Notes under the pieces: model-generated | The model's database searches: none | Told to the model about the DNA's origin: nothing | What the model saw: only the letters and a program-made list of their open reading frames with translations | DNA from: Pseudomonadota bacterium | Lineage (GTDB): Bacteria; Bdellovibrionota; FAC87; UBA2466 | Reading direction: 5' to 3' | Assembly (NCBI GenBank): GCA_043718025.1 | Contig: JAYSWN010000020.1 | Location: forward strand, 1-64,000 | DNA length: 64,000 bases | Position numbers and translations under genes: made by a program | Shown: piece by piece, positions 27,464 to 36,679 of the stretch | Layout of the letters: each line of letters starts with the position of its first letter | How positions within the stretch are numbered: the stretch's first letter is position 1

Positions 27464-28882
27464 GTGACTGCCCTGCCCCGTGTTCTCTTTATCGTCAATG
27501 AAGTCGCACACTACGGAGAGTTCAAAAGAATTTTGAACGATCGTAACGTGGCCTCCAAAATCGAAGGCCATCTGCTGTTCGATCGGGACGGCTACGACCC
27601 CGAAATTTTTTTTGCGGGGGCCATTGCCGACTGCAAACGGGCGGGCATTACCTACTTCACAATCCCTTACGGAAGTTTTCGGGAGACGCCAGAACGGGCG
27701 GTTTTCTCCGGGTTGGGGCGACTTCTCCGCGCCCGAAAACTTGCCCGACTGCCCGGCCGAAAAATCCTTACGCTGCTCACCGATGTGGTGAGTGGGACCC
27801 ACCGCCAAGCCTCCTATTACGCACGAAAAATAAAGTGCCTCGCCGACTGGATCGAGGAAGAGAAGTTTGTATCGGTGGTGCTCGGCGAAGAGAATGTGTT
27901 GCTCGATACCTTCGTGTACGCCCGCGCGGCGGGCCAAAAGCGCGTGGTGATCTACCCCTATACCATTCCCAATCCTAAAGAGATGGAGGGCGGCGCTTGT
28001 CTTACCCAGCCATGGAATCGACTTACGGGAAAGGTGCTCTACTTGTTTGGCGGTAAGTGGACACGCCGCTCGGGAGACAAGGTGCTACTCCTATTGGGGC
28101 CCCAAAAAATTATGGCGATGACGCTGCACCGTTATTTTCCCTCGATGCCTTGGGTGCTCAACTCGGAAAAAAATCATACCCTCTGTCTCGAAAGTGAGGC
28201 GATGGCCGCGCTCTACCAACGGCTAGGTGTGGCCCACTCGGGTCTGCAGGTGACGGGTACGGTCAACGACGGGATCGTGGCGGAGATACTGAAACAGCGG
28301 GAGGCACGACGGGGAAAGCTAAACGAACGGTACGGTTTTACGACGTCGCTGCCTCTAGTCGTAGTCGGCTTTCCTCCCAACCAATTTCCCCGGGCGGAAG
28401 CGGAATATGGCTCATTCGATGAGCTGGTGCAGGCGCTAGCCGGCTGTCTCGTCCCCCTAAAAGGCAAATGCCATTTTCTGGTCTGCAAGCATCCGCGGGC
28501 CGATCATCCCTTTACGGCCTTGGCGGAGGGCGGAGTCGCGGTGACGGACGAACCGCTAGTTGAAATTCTCCCATTGGCGGACCTTTACGTGGCGAGCGCA
28601 TCGGCCACCATTCGCTGGGCGATTGCCGCGGGAATTCCCGTTTTAAATTACGATTTGTACCGGTACCACTACGGGGACTACGACTCCGCCCTTGCGGTCG
28701 TCACCGTAACGGATCGCGAGAATTTCTCGAGGGCTTTGCACCGCATGGTGGAAGATCGGGAACATTACGGCGAGCTGAAAAGTCGGCAAGCGACCGATGC
28801 GCGCAAGTGGGGCCACCTCGATGGAGCCTCCGCCGATCGGCTTTTGAAGGTATTTACCGGGTCGGCATTGCCAACCCCCTAG
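27464..28882 (+). CDS. Uncharacterised GT-B-like protein, paralogue 1 (candidate nonulosonate or polyol-phosphate transferase)
   Basis: Shares PW.L.S, TGT.ND, PP, HP, DLYVA.SATIRWAI, NYD.Y.Y.Y.D and LDG motifs with 29891 and 36669. Confidence 0.65.
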   Translation: MTALPRVLFIVNEVAHYGEFKRILNDRNVASKIEGHLLFDRDGYDPEIFFAGAIADCKRAGITYFTIPYGSFRETPERAVFSGLGRLLRARKLARLPGRKILTLLTDVVSGTHRQASYYARKIKCLADWIEEEKFVSVVLGEENVLLDTFVYARAAGQKRVVIYPYTIPNPKEMEGGACLTQPWNRLTGKVLYLFGGKWTRRSGDKVLLLLGPQKIMAMTLHRYFPSMPWVLNSEKNHTLCLESEAMAALYQRLGVAHSGLQVTGTVNDGIVAEILKQREARRGKLNERYGFTTSLPLVVVGFPPNQFPRAEAEYGSFDELVQALAGCLVPLKGKCHFLVCKHPRADHPFTALAEGGVAVTDEPLVEILPLADLYVASASATIRWAIAAGIPVLNYDLYRYHYGDYDSALAVVTVTDRENFSRALHRMVEDREHYGELKSRQATDARKWGHLDGASADRLLKVFTGSALPTP

Positions 28883-28892
28883 GAGAATCGGC

Positions 28893-29894
28893 GTGATTGA
28901 GGAAATTACTTCTGCGGAACCGGAAATGGTCGATAGATTCGCGCGCGACCGCGCCAACGCGGTCGACGTGATCATTCCCGTCATCCATAGCAACGAGCTT
29001 TGGGAGCGCAATCTAAAGAGCATTTTCAGGGAGATCCCAGTCAATCGATTGCTGATTTCCGACGGGGGTTGTATCGATGATTCCTTGGTCATCGCGCGTA
29101 AATTTCCTCGGGTGGAGATTTTCGACCACAAGGCATACACATCACTTGGCTTTTGCCTTCGTGCGCTGATGGAAAAGGTCGAAACCGAACATTTTATTTA
29201 CCTTCACTCCGATGTTTTCCTAACGCCCGGGTGGTTTGACGAGATGTACAAACACCGCGCTAACTACGACTGGTACGAGTCGGGCCAGGTGACGTCTTTC
29301 CTTGTGAATGTGCCTTTTGATTACTCGAACTATGATCGCCCCTTGTCGGGGGGACAGCTTGGCCGGCGCGCCGCCTTCCAAAAAGTTCTGCCCAAGGTCG
29401 ATGATGACTTCCTATACCGAAATGAGGATCTCATATTCGCGGAGCTGATTAAGAACAGCGGGGGAACCTACGGGCGGGTGAAGGAAGCCGTTCTTTACCA
29501 TCAAGTGATGAACAAGCGGTCAAAATGGGAACGTAAGATTACCCAATTCAACATCTCAGTAAGCAAGAGCCGGGAAGAAGAGATTCGGGAAACGAACATG
29601 CAGGCGAGGGGGCTGGTGAAGTACATGCCGCCCACAAACGGCAATCTCACGAATGCGGTGATCTACTCGCTCCGCTCGCTCATTGCGCTCGATCAAACGA
29701 GTTACAAGGATTTCATGGAATGGGTGGCGTCGACTCCTTACGGCCCCGAATGGCACAAGGTGCTAAAACGGGCATTTAGCTATCGCGTGCGCGTGGTCAA
29801 GGAAGTTCGAGAGTTGCGTAGTACCGTTATCGGGGGATGGCGGGCTGGCTTCCGCCAGTGTTTCACTCTCGGCAAGGCTATCTGCGGTCTATGA
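28893..29894 (+). CDS. GT2-family glycosyltransferase
   Basis: DVIIPV, SDGGCIDDS, YLHSDV, NED. Confidence 0.8.
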   Translation: MIEEITSAEPEMVDRFARDRANAVDVIIPVIHSNELWERNLKSIFREIPVNRLLISDGGCIDDSLVIARKFPRVEIFDHKAYTSLGFCLRALMEKVETEHFIYLHSDVFLTPGWFDEMYKHRANYDWYESGQVTSFLVNVPFDYSNYDRPLSGGQLGRRAAFQKVLPKVDDDFLYRNEDLIFAELIKNSGGTYGRVKEAVLYHQVMNKRSKWERKITQFNISVSKSREEEIRETNMQARGLVKYMPPTNGNLTNAVIYSLRSLIALDQTSYKDFMEWVASTPYGPEWHKVLKRAFSYRVRVVKEVRELRSTVIGGWRAGFRQCFTLGKAICGL

Positions 29895-31327
29895 GCGCAC
29901 GGCCCACAAAAAGACGCGTCCTGCTGATGGTGCACACCAACACCTGGTTTACCGAAATGTTCAACCTCGCTCGGTTTTTACGCGACTCGGACCGGTATGA
30001 ACCGGTGGTGCACTTTGCGTATCGCTACCCCACGGCCGGGCGAGATATTGGGCGATTGCGCACCGAAGGAATCGAACACTCCGAGGCCCCGCGCCACGCT
30101 TCGCCGAAAATTTTCGATCGCGCGCTCGGGGCACTGTCACGTCTGCCCCAACGGCCGAGCCTGGCCGCCGTTCCCAATTTTTTGACCCCGGCAGTGCGGG
30201 CTTCACAAAATCTGGCGGTGAGCCTAAAAGAAATCTCTTATTACAAAAAGCTGGTGAAGGACCAAAGGGCCAGATTGGTAGTTCTCGCCGGTGATCTCGT
30301 TGGCTACAACACTCCCGAAATCGTGAGGGCAGCTCACGACACCAGAGTGCCTTGCATCATCATTCCGTCGACGATGTCCGACGGCACAGAGCAAGCCGAA
30401 GCCTATTTCTTCGATGAAAATTTTGGCGAGAACCGCCCCTTTAATCGTCTGGTCGGAGCGCGGTGGCCGCACTGGAAGAAGGAGCACAAGGGAAAGGGTT
30501 TGATTCGTTTGCCCGGCGAACAGATTATCCCCCGCGAGCTATTGAAGATCGCCCCGCCGCTACCGTGGATATCCAGCAGCTCGCTGGCCGATCGGGTGGC
30601 GGTCGAAAGCTCGGCAATGTGGGATTATTATCGCCGCTGCGGAATCGAAGCGGAAAAGCTGCACCGCACGGGGACCCTGGCGAACGACGCGATGGCCAAA
30701 GTCACCGCCGATCAAAAAGAGTTGAGAAGTAGGCTGCTGAAGAACCTCAACTTGGCCCCCCAAAAGGGCGTCGTCCTCACGGCCCTTCCCCCCGACTTTC
30801 TGTACATGGTGGGCGGCCGCCCGAATTGCGAGTTTTCCGATTACAAATCGCTTACCAAGTATTGGACCGACAGCTTAGATCGACTGAAGAACTTCAATAC
30901 GGTGATCAGCCTTCATCCCAGTGTCGAAGCGGAGGATTTCCGCTATCTCGAGACCGAGCGGGTTCGCATCGCCAGCGAGCGAATCGTGGACCTTATCCCG
31001 TTGTGTGACTTGTTCGTGGCTTCGGTGTCGAGTACCATCCGCTGGGCAATTACCTGTTCCAGACCCGTCGTCAATTATGATGTGTATCAGTACCATTACG
31101 CGGACTTTACCGGAGTAAAGGGGGTTGTGTTCGTTGACCGCAAGGAGGTTTTTCAAGAGGTGCTACGGCGGATCGATACCGATCCTGCTTTTCAGCAACA
31201 TTTGAAAACCGAAATCAGCGGCGAAGCTTCTTACTGGGGCTGCTTGGACGGGGCCGAAGGAGCACGTATGTTATTGCTATTCGATGAGGAGATTAGTCGA
31301 TGGACATTACCAACCAAGACATTTTGA
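29891..31327 (+). CDS. Uncharacterised GT-B-like protein, paralogue 2
   Basis: Same motif set as 27464; ATGA overlap with the upstream GT2. Confidence 0.65.
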   Translation: MSARPTKRRVLLMVHTNTWFTEMFNLARFLRDSDRYEPVVHFAYRYPTAGRDIGRLRTEGIEHSEAPRHASPKIFDRALGALSRLPQRPSLAAVPNFLTPAVRASQNLAVSLKEISYYKKLVKDQRARLVVLAGDLVGYNTPEIVRAAHDTRVPCIIIPSTMSDGTEQAEAYFFDENFGENRPFNRLVGARWPHWKKEHKGKGLIRLPGEQIIPRELLKIAPPLPWISSSSLADRVAVESSAMWDYYRRCGIEAEKLHRTGTLANDAMAKVTADQKELRSRLLKNLNLAPQKGVVLTALPPDFLYMVGGRPNCEFSDYKSLTKYWTDSLDRLKNFNTVISLHPSVEAEDFRYLETERVRIASERIVDLIPLCDLFVASVSSTIRWAITCSRPVVNYDVYQYHYADFTGVKGVVFVDRKEVFQEVLRRIDTDPAFQQHLKTEISGEASYWGCLDGAEGARMLLLFDEEISRWTLPTKTF

Positions 31328-32817
31328 TCACCCCCAAAGTGGGGCTCAATTCTGAGACGCGAGTTTCGTTCTTCTTGCTCGCAGTAAATGCGCTGATTTT
31401 CTCGGCATACCTTGCTTTTGAGCCACTCGCTCCCGAGGTTTTTCACCAGGTCTGCCTGATTGGCGGCGCGCTGATCTTGTTGTCAGGGGCTGGAGCCTTA
31501 TTAGGGGGGAAGCTGGGAAAGTTTCTAAGGAGTGTACAATTCTTTCTCCTCCAGGTTGCGATCACTATGGCAGCGGTCCATCTTCTTTTCGTGGCCTTTC
31601 CTCAGTACTGGCCAGCCAACGTGCGCAATCTGGTAATGAACCAGAATTTAGATGAGCTCCGATCGAAGATTGTCGAGTATTTGCCCCGTAGCCCGTACGT
31701 GAAACCAGCTCCGAATGTGAGTTTTATCATTCCGGGCTATTACGGTCCGGCCGACGGTTTCGAATATCAATTCGTCGCGGACCAACGCGGATTCAAGAAC
31801 CTTCGAGAGATCGCCAGCCGGTCACAGTTTGATGTGGTCGCCGTCGGGGATAGTTTCACCGAAGGGCTAGGCGTGTCGGCACAACAAACCTATGTCACAA
31901 ATCTCACCCGACGCGGTCTGTCCGCTTACTCCTTGGGAATACAAGGGTACGCTCCGGCGCAAATGGCCGGAGCCTTCCGGGAATTTGGCTTGGCGCTGAA
32001 GCCCAAATATGTGGTCGTGGGTTATTTGGCTAATATCTATCATCGCGATAAGTTTTTCCGCGAAAACCAGAAGAACCTGGAGGAGGTCGCGGAGGTGCCG
32101 GGTGCAGTCGGCCGATTAATTGAACGCGATCGAATCGCGGGCAAAGTGGTCTATATCAAGACCAAAGAAGGGTACAGTTACCCGGTAACCATAAAGCAGC
32201 AATACCGTTTCTTACCAACGGCTCTAATAGCCCTCGCCTCGGAGTATGTTTATTTCTACCGGTATTTCGATCTTAAAAAGGGAGTGGGAGACCTACATCT
32301 AGACGTGCGTTTTAACCTTCGCGAAAACATTAAGTCAGATGACCTATTCGTTCTGCCCCAGCTGGCTGCCTATAAGGCAGAGGCGCTGAACGCCCTCAAC
32401 AGAATTCTGCGTGAAGAAGATCTTGCCCGGGATCCGAACTGGCAAAGCACGCTCGGAGATTTCCAGCAGATTATAGAGGACGCACGAAAAATCGGCGCCA
32501 AAGTGATCCTTGTGATGTTCCACACTCGCGACGGCATCTATTATGAGGCGGGCACCGGCCGGCGTCTGCCCGCTGATTTCGTCGAGAAGAGCGAGGTAAA
32601 ACTCCTACGCGAATTTGCTAAGCGTCAGCAAGTCGAGTTCTTGGATACCCAAACATCCTTTATGAATTATATCGGTCGGCTTAATAAAGAAGCGCCCTTG
32701 TCGGTTATGCCTTATTTGAAGGTCGATGCCCACCCGAGCCCGGTGGGACATAAGCTCATCGCCGATCTCATATTCGAATGTGTTGAACAAATGCAAAGAG
32801 GTAGGCGATGTCCGTAG
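31300..32817 (+). CDS. Membrane-anchored SGNH/GDSL-fold protein (AlgX/AlgJ-like)
   Basis: Three N-terminal TMs, VGDSFTEG, LGIQGY, DAHPSP.GH. Confidence 0.8.
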   Translation: MDITNQDILITPKVGLNSETRVSFFLLAVNALIFSAYLAFEPLAPEVFHQVCLIGGALILLSGAGALLGGKLGKFLRSVQFFLLQVAITMAAVHLLFVAFPQYWPANVRNLVMNQNLDELRSKIVEYLPRSPYVKPAPNVSFIIPGYYGPADGFEYQFVADQRGFKNLREIASRSQFDVVAVGDSFTEGLGVSAQQTYVTNLTRRGLSAYSLGIQGYAPAQMAGAFREFGLALKPKYVVVGYLANIYHRDKFFRENQKNLEEVAEVPGAVGRLIERDRIAGKVVYIKTKEGYSYPVTIKQQYRFLPTALIALASEYVYFYRYFDLKKGVGDLHLDVRFNLRENIKSDDLFVLPQLAAYKAEALNALNRILREEDLARDPNWQSTLGDFQQIIEDARKIGAKVILVMFHTRDGIYYEAGTGRRLPADFVEKSEVKLLREFAKRQQVEFLDTQTSFMNYIGRLNKEAPLSVMPYLKVDAHPSPVGHKLIADLIFECVEQMQRGRRCP

Positions 32818-33833
32818 AAAGCCTTTTCCCCACCATGCAAACCGACGGCGTTGTGCTTTTGCGCAATTTTTTCGATCCTGCTCAGGTGAGACGCGCGAAC
32901 GAAGAGGTCGAAGCCTTTCTTAAGCGCGACCTCGAAGAACGGAAAGAGGCACAGCTGGAACTGGGTCACTTCAAGGGTTCCGCCGGAAGAACCATTCTGG
33001 ATAAATCCAAACACCTCATCCTCGATTTTTTTGCCAAGAGTCCAACCTTGGATCAGCTCGCGGAAAAGCTCCTCACCCATCCCGACGTCGCGGCGCTTGC
33101 GGAAAAAATGGTGGGCAAGCGTTTGAAACTTCGCGGTTACAATATTCGCCATATGACCGGCACCGCGGATAACTCGGCCATGGAGTGGCACCGCGACAAC
33201 CGGGGCGAGTTCAATTTCGCCATTCTGCTCAACGAAACGGAACCCGAGGGAGATGCCGCCACTTGCTACATTCCCGGCTCGCACCTTTATCCGTATTGCC
33301 CGTTCCAGGCCATTCATCTGGGAACGCCTTACGCTGCGTACAATCCGCAGATGGGCTATTTTTCAAAGCGTCTCGCCGAGCGTGTGACCCGTAATGTAAA
33401 ATCGGCTTACGGGGCTCCCGGAGATGCTTACCTGTTTTTCGGCGATGTGTGGCACGGCCGCCAGCCGAACCTAAAGGGCAAGACCGGTACGGTCCTCTTT
33501 TTCGCCGTCTTTCCTGCCGAAATTCCGTTTCCATCGCATACCACGGTGGAAATTCCCCCGCCGGAGGTGTTGGAAAAACTGCCCCCCGGGCTACGCAAGA
33601 TCGTAGAGCACGACCGCGTCTTGCCGAATGAGGGGGCGTCGACCTATTTCTACACGATGGAGGCCCGCCGAAAAAAAAACACGGGCCTGTGGCGTCTGGC
33701 CATGTGGGAGCGACAGCTCAGCGTTCACACATTTTACCCCAAGCTTTTCATTATGAAGCAAGCGGCAAAACGGAAGGTGAAGTTGACACTTCAACCACTT
33801 ATTACCCTAGCTCGCCGGGTCCGGGGTCACTGA
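32808..33833 (+). CDS. Phytanoyl-CoA dioxygenase (PhyH)-family 2OG-Fe(II) oxygenase
   Basis: DGVVLLRNF, WHRD, IPGSH, GD...F...WHG facial triad. Confidence 0.82.
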   Translation: MSVESLFPTMQTDGVVLLRNFFDPAQVRRANEEVEAFLKRDLEERKEAQLELGHFKGSAGRTILDKSKHLILDFFAKSPTLDQLAEKLLTHPDVAALAEKMVGKRLKLRGYNIRHMTGTADNSAMEWHRDNRGEFNFAILLNETEPEGDAATCYIPGSHLYPYCPFQAIHLGTPYAAYNPQMGYFSKRLAERVTRNVKSAYGAPGDAYLFFGDVWHGRQPNLKGKTGTVLFFAVFPAEIPFPSHTTVEIPPPEVLEKLPPGLRKIVEHDRVLPNEGASTYFYTMEARRKKNTGLWRLAMWERQLSVHTFYPKLFIMKQAAKRKVKLTLQPLITLARRVRGH

Positions 33834-35225
33834 TTGGATTCTCGTCGCATTCTCCTCCTAGCTGCCTTCGTCATCAGTCTGTTCGGCCTTACGCGCTTTT
33901 TGAACGACAGGTATGATGTCTTGATTTTGGATGAACGTTCTGAGTCCGCCAAATACCGGCTGAAGAGAATCGAAGGAAATAAAGTCTTCGCCTACTTTCC
34001 GGCCGAATACATAGATGTTTCTATTCCTAACGCCATTGCCGCAAAATCTAAGCGACGCCTTTGGACGGAAGTTTCAGAATTTGGACTAAGTGCCGCTCTG
34101 GGGATGTTGGAAAATCCAGAAACAATAGATGAATTCCTTCCTGGATTTCCCTCGAAGCTCAAGACCGACTCCACTTTATGGCAAACTTATTTTCAACAGG
34201 AGTTTGATTTTGATCTCTACCTACCCTCGATTCAAAAATTGAGCCCCTTCACGCATCGCACCCTGCTTTCATCCAGTGGATGCGTATTGATCTTTCAGAA
34301 ATACGGCGCCGATGTCGTTGTGCTCGGCAACTCAGAAACAAATCGGGCGATTCTTCCCACGGTGTTAAGCACGAATTTGAAGGTTTACGGGAAACCACCC
34401 TCGACGCTCATGTGTACACAGCATGGCGCAGACATAGCTAATTTCGCGAACATGGCCCGCGCTCTAGCGAATACGAAACGAAAATCGAAGGCGACGATTC
34501 TTGGCGTCAGCCTTTGGCACCTTATACAAATCCCCTTATCTGCGTCTACCCAATCAAAAATGGACCAGATAAAAACCGATCCAAGCTGGATGCACGTTAG
34601 CCTTGCTCAATTACTTCCGGCGCCAAAATGGGAAGACTGGTTACGATTCAGCTGGCAGGCCTTTAAAGAAAAAACTCACGAAAAAAATCGTTGGCTAAAC
34701 TCGAATCTCATCGAAAAACCGATGCCCGAGACGGCGATCTTCGATGCAAATGGCAAGGGTTACATCCCCTTTGCGAAAGCCTTATTTCACGAGGAAACGG
34801 AACTGGAAAAGTTAATGGGTACCGCTGTTCCCTACTACCCCTTGTTGAAAGGAATGACTGAGAAAGACTGTGACACTTCCCTTTTAGAAGAACGACTACA
34901 CGCGCTTACCACTCAGCTTTTGCAGAGCACCGAACACCTGTTTGTTTTTTTAAACACGACTACTCCTATTCAGACCCGGTATGCTCCGGGTTGCGCGTTG
35001 GGGGCGATCCAGAAGGCGCTAAAGAAGGTGGCGAACCGTCGAGTCTCGATACGAACCGATGACTGGCGGGGTTACCAGTTGGGTTGGTCCGACTTCGCGG
35101 TTCAGACCCCGGTGCCCAACCGAATGGTAATTGACGTCAATCACACGAATTTCGGTGGCGCCAACAAGGTTACAAACCATATCGTCAAATGGATGCAGGT
35201 TGAAATACCTGGGGGCGGGACGTGA
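33834..35225 (+). CDS. Membrane-anchored hypothetical protein with SGNH/DltD-like motifs
   Basis: N-terminal TM, VVVLGNSE, DVNHTN.GG; directly upstream of the MBOAT gene. Confidence 0.6.
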   Translation: MDSRRILLLAAFVISLFGLTRFLNDRYDVLILDERSESAKYRLKRIEGNKVFAYFPAEYIDVSIPNAIAAKSKRRLWTEVSEFGLSAALGMLENPETIDEFLPGFPSKLKTDSTLWQTYFQQEFDFDLYLPSIQKLSPFTHRTLLSSSGCVLIFQKYGADVVVLGNSETNRAILPTVLSTNLKVYGKPPSTLMCTQHGADIANFANMARALANTKRKSKATILGVSLWHLIQIPLSASTQSKMDQIKTDPSWMHVSLAQLLPAPKWEDWLRFSWQAFKEKTHEKNRWLNSNLIEKPMPETAIFDANGKGYIPFAKALFHEETELEKLMGTAVPYYPLLKGMTEKDCDTSLLEERLHALTTQLLQSTEHLFVFLNTTTPIQTRYAPGCALGAIQKALKKVANRRVSIRTDDWRGYQLGWSDFAVQTPVPNRMVIDVNHTNFGGANKVTNHIVKWMQVEIPGGGT

Positions 35226-36679
35226 TTTATTCGAGCCCCGAATTCCTAATCCTCTTTTCCCTGACCTTGTTGGTTTACTTACTAAGCCCAACTTACAAGG
35301 CCCGCTTCTACACGCTTCTGACTTCGAGTCTGCTGTTTTATTCGTGGGCTGGTATCTTCGATAGTTGCATATTCTTATTCGTCGTTATTATCTCTTGGTT
35401 GGCCACCTACTTCGCCGCAAGAACCCCCGAACACAAACAGAAGTTCATCACGGGGGGCATCATCGTAATGGCTGTGCACCTCCTGTTTTGGAAGTACGGG
35501 CCGTGGATCACCCGCGAGACTCAAGTTCTATTCCCGGGTTTCTTGCGCGGACATAAGCTCGACCTACCGTTGCCAGTCGGAATTAGCTTCTTTACGCTTC
35601 AGGGCATTGCCTACCTGGTCGATTTGAATCGGGGAGAAGCCTCCTTCATTCCGATGAAGCAGTATCTCCTATTCAAAAGCTTCTTTCCGCAGCTCGTCGC
35701 CGGTCCGATTGTGCGGGTTCCGCAGCTGATGCCGCAGTTGAATGTTTTGAGAAGGCCGACCTTGGCGGATATTGAGCAGGGCCTGTTTCTATTCTGTCTC
35801 GGATTTTTCAAGAAAGTGTTTATTGCCGATCGCTGCGCCCCCTTTGTAGATCCGGTTTTCGAAAATCCTGCGGACTATTCGCGGACCGTCTTGTTCAAGG
35901 CGGTGCTGGGGTACACTGTACAAATTTGGGCCGATTTCAGCGGCTATACCGACATGGGCCGGGGAACGGCCAAAATGCTCGGAATTCAATTGCCCGAGAA
36001 CTTTCTTTCGCCCTATTTCGCCAAAACGCCTTCGGAGTTTTGGCGCCGGTGGCACATCACCCTCAGTGAATGGATCCGCGACTATATCTATATCCCGCTG
36101 GGCGGCAATTCGGGTGGTCTGATTAGAAGTTCGGTCGTGGCTATCACGACCATGTTTATTTCGGGTTTGTGGCACGGCGCAAACTGGACTTTCGTGATTT
36201 GGGGCTTCTTTCACGGGGTCCTGCTGCTACTGGAACGAATGATTAAGAAGGTGGATCCCTTTTCGGCGAAATGGTCTTCGCGGCTGCAAGAATTTGGATC
36301 CCACCTTTTGATGTTCAGTATGATTAGTTTTGGCTGGCTGATTTTTCGGGCCAAGAGTTGGGGCGACGCTCTAATCATGATTAAGGGTTTATTGGTCGAC
36401 TCACATAGTGCCAAGGCGGTGCCCTACATTGAAAACCTGGAATGGTGTCTGGGACTTTGCTTGGGAATTCAGCTGCTCTTTTACTACGACTTCAAGTCCA
36501 AGCGGATGCCGTTCTTAGATCGGGGGCGAACGTTCTGGAATCACCATTTGGGTCGCTTCCCGGCGCTTCAAACTGCCCAACAAATTGCTTTGGGCTTTTT
36601 TCTAGCGGCCATCGTCCTATTCTGCATCTCCTCTAGGGTTTTGGAGAGCTCCCCGGCATTTATTTATTTCAAGTTCTAG
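35222..36679 (+). CDS. MBOAT O-acyltransferase (AlgI/PatA/DltB type)
   Basis: LPVGISFFTLQ, FFPQLVAGPIVR, DFSGYTD, EFWRRWHITLS, GLWHGA, terminal FIYFKF. Confidence 0.93.
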   Translation: MIYSSPEFLILFSLTLLVYLLSPTYKARFYTLLTSSLLFYSWAGIFDSCIFLFVVIISWLATYFAARTPEHKQKFITGGIIVMAVHLLFWKYGPWITRETQVLFPGFLRGHKLDLPLPVGISFFTLQGIAYLVDLNRGEASFIPMKQYLLFKSFFPQLVAGPIVRVPQLMPQLNVLRRPTLADIEQGLFLFCLGFFKKVFIADRCAPFVDPVFENPADYSRTVLFKAVLGYTVQIWADFSGYTDMGRGTAKMLGIQLPENFLSPYFAKTPSEFWRRWHITLSEWIRDYIYIPLGGNSGGLIRSSVVAITTMFISGLWHGANWTFVIWGFFHGVLLLLERMIKKVDPFSAKWSSRLQEFGSHLLMFSMISFGWLIFRAKSWGDALIMIKGLLVDSHSAKAVPYIENLEWCLGLCLGIQLLFYYDFKSKRMPFLDRGRTFWNHHLGRFPALQTAQQIALGFFLAAIVLFCISSRVLESSPAFIYFKF

